A DNA stretch of 39,475 nucleotides from Flavobacteriaceae bacterium (lineage in GTDB: Bacteria > Bacteroidota > Bacteroidia > Flavobacteriales > Flavobacteriaceae): the NCBI GenBank assembly GCA_009921505.1, contig RFXU01000001.1:1-39475 (forward strand), written 5' to 3'. The notes beneath the pieces were generated by a model, which was not told the DNA's origin, did not search any database, and was given only the letters and a program-made list of their open reading frames with translations. This document shows, in pieces, positions 36,986-39,475 of this stretch (its first letter is position 1; the number at the start of each line of letters is the position of its first letter). Position numbers and translations under genes: made by a program.

Positions 36986-37045
36986 TGAGTCTAAAAAATG
37001 TTCCGTACTTTTGTCGGCAAATTCGAATCCATCAAATATAACAAT

Positions 37046-38249
<1,204 letters not shown>

Positions 38250-38273
38250 ACTTAGATTGATGTTCAATCCAAC

Positions 38274-38308
38274 AAAAAAAAGCCCCATCATGTGATGGGG
38301 CTTTTTTT
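38274..38308. terminator. bidirectional Rho-independent terminator between ahcY and rpmA
   Basis: The sequence is AAAAAAA-AGCCCCATCA-tg-TGATGGGGCT-TTTTTT. The GC-rich stem is a perfect 10 bp, with an A-run on one side and a T-run on the other. Confidence 0.85.
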
Positions 38309-38326
38309 AGTTATCGAAAATAATTT

Positions 38327-38590
38327 TTAGGCTTCTCCCTGTGGGACGATGGAAACAAAAGATTTTCCGCCTTTTTTCTTTTCAAATTTTACAGTACCGT
38401 CAACTCTAGCGTGTAATGTATGATCTTTTCCAAGATATACATTCTCCCCTGGATGATGTTGGGTACCACGTTGTCTTACGATGATATTTCCAGCAATTGC
38501 AGCCTGACCACCAAAAATCTTAACCCCAAGGCGTTTCGATTCTGATTCGCGACCGTTTTTAGAACTACCAACTCCTTTTTTGTGAGCCAT
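38327..38590 (-). CDS. rpmA: 50S ribosomal protein L27
   Basis: It starts [24 protein letters not shown], at 87 aa. Confidence 0.97.
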   Translation of the reverse strand: MAHKKGVGSSKNGRESESKRLGVKIFGGQAAIAGNIIVRQRGTQHHPGENVYLGKDHTLHARVDGTVKFEKKKGGKSFVSIVPQGEA

Positions 38591-38609
38591 TTTCTTTCGG
38601 TTTTATAGG

Positions 38610-39137
38610 TTATACATTTTTGATTGCCTCAATAAGGTCTGCCTTCTTCATCGCTGAAATTCCGGCAACGCCCTTATCTTTGGCAAGGTCTTTTAGCTGC
38701 GCTACAGTCATTGCATCATAATCCACAGCATCATCAGCTTTTGCTGCCTTTGGCGCTTCAGCTTTTGGAGCTGCTTCTGCTTTAGGCGCAGCCGCTTTTG
38801 CTTTAGGAGCCGCTTTTTGAGCACCACTCGCCACGATTCCCTCAATAAGGATTTCAGTGAGCGCTTGACGATGCCCGTTCTTTTTACGGTATCCTTTTCT
38901 GCGTTTCTTTTTAAACACAATAACTTTGTCACCTTGAAGGTGCTTTAAGACTTTTGCACCAACTTGTGCGCCGTCTATAGCCGGGGCGCCAATAGTTACT
39001 TTGTCACCTTCACCAATTAAAAGAACGTTGTCAAATGACACTTTTGCGCCCTCTTCTTCTGGCAAACGATGGACAAAAACCTTTTGGTCTTTCGCAACTT
39101 TAAATTGCTGCCCTGCTATCTCTACAATTGCATACAT
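38610..39137 (-). CDS. rplU: 50S ribosomal protein L21 with a C-terminal extension of about 73 aa
   Basis: It starts MYAIVEIAGQQFKV, and the L21 core runs to about residue 102. The core is followed by (A/K/P/E)-rich repeats and a helix-extended-helix-like module (MTVAQLKDLAKDKGVAGISAMKKADLIEAI). Confidence 0.93.
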   Translation of the reverse strand: MYAIVEIAGQQFKVAKDQKVFVHRLPEEEGAKVSFDNVLLIGEGDKVTIGAPAIDGAQVGAKVLKHLQGDKVIVFKKKRRKGYRKKNGHRQALTEILIEGIVASGAQKAAPKAKAAAPKAEAAPKAEAPKAAKADDAVDYDAMTVAQLKDLAKDKGVAGISAMKKADLIEAIKNV

Positions 39138-39208
39138 AGCGTATCGATTAATTTATACTTTTTTAATTCCTTGTCCTCAACACAATATGGCTGAGGCTAA
39201 GGCGGGTG

Positions 39209-39238
39209 CAAATATAAATGTAAAATTTAATACCACAA
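39209..39238 (-). promoter_or_regulatory. candidate sigma-A promoter of the rplU-rpmA operon
   Basis: The minus strand reads TTG-N19-TATATTTG, about 70 nt upstream of the rplU ATG. Confidence 0.4.
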
Positions 39239-39297
39239 AGGTATTTTTACCTTAAAGCAATAGACGTTTTAGCAGCTCATTTGAAAGGGAGGCCACG

Positions 39298-39475
39298 CTA
39301 AACCTTTTTGTCTGAACCCTTTCTTTGATTCGCGAGATAAACCCCAAATAAAACAATCAGAGCAGAAATTGCTTGATACCACCCGAATCGTTCACCGTCA
39401 AATATACCCCACAAAACAGCCACAATAGGCATAGTGTAGGTGACTGAGGACGCAAAAACAGGACTCGAAATTTGA
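39298..39475 (-). CDS. EamA/DMT-family transporter, C-terminal fragment (5' end outside the window)
   Basis: The minus-strand translation is QISSPVFASSVTYTMPIVAVLWGIFDGERFGWYQAISALIVLFGVYLANQRKGSDKKV-stop. This matches the last two helices of EamA-type transporters. At 59 codons it falls below the ORF-track cutoff. Confidence 0.55.
   Translation of the reverse strand, partial: QISSPVFASSVTYTMPIVAVLWGIFDGERFGWYQAISALIVLFGVYLANQRKGSDKKV

Noticed and set aside
36998-37045. Upstream start codons proposed by the ORF track (ATG 36998 for ahcY, TTG 29649 for greA, TTG 3648 for the LuxE-like gene)
   Set aside because: The extensions add non-conserved residues (for example [16 protein letters not shown] and MGIFFLNKSI). 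The internal ATGs reproduce the canonical N-termini ([15 protein letters not shown] and MSKVSYYTAEG). The 36998 start would also leave only 12 nt to the divergent PPTase gene.
38708-38932. 74-aa K/Q/L-rich ORF in another frame of the L21 extension
   Set aside because: It is an artefact of the GC(A/T)-AAA repeat in the Ala/Lys-rich linker. The L21 frame is continuous with the ribosomal core and ends in a structured module.

Overview
This 39.5-kb chromosomal segment is almost entirely coding and dominated by housekeeping genes. It looks like a Bacteroidota (Flavobacteriia-like) genome. The evidence is two proteins with T9SS C-terminal sorting domains, the syntenies DUF4296-pyrC-GT2, DUF4271-hemD and ftsX-DUF3098-uppP-truB, TTG-N19-TAnnTTTG promoter boxes, no Shine-Dalgarno sequences, and many 1-8 nt start/stop overlaps. 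I call 42 protein-coding genes, two of them cut by the window edges. They include tyrS, leuS, pckA, pyrC, hemD, ftsX, uppP, truB, greA, ahcY, rpmA, rplU, two sensor kinases and one OmpR-type regulator. I also call one TPP riboswitch, one clean bidirectional terminator, and a few candidate promoters and hairpins. I saw no rRNA, tRNA, CRISPR array, transposase, integrase or phage genes. Six observations stand out. (1) A tightly coupled minus-strand operon reads PPTase - GGGP synthase - pnuC - RNK-only kinase - DUF4301. The uncharacterised DUF4301 protein carries UDP-sugar-pyrophosphorylase-like nucleotidyltransferase motifs, which makes it a candidate missing step in riboside-vitamin salvage. 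(2) A TPP riboswitch with its own consensus promoter and a start-codon-sequestering hairpin drives a lone TonB-dependent receptor immediately downstream of that operon. (3) ahcY carries an internal deletion of roughly 110 nt plus a frameshift that detaches its conserved C-terminal tail. (4) Ribosomal protein L21 has a C-terminal extension made of an Ala/Lys/Pro-rich linker and a helix-extended-helix module. (5) A DUF3127 protein ends in an SSB-like acidic DDLPF tip. (6) A secreted agmatine-deiminase/PAD-family enzyme is tagged for T9SS export. All functional calls come from reading the translations by eye. No database search was run.
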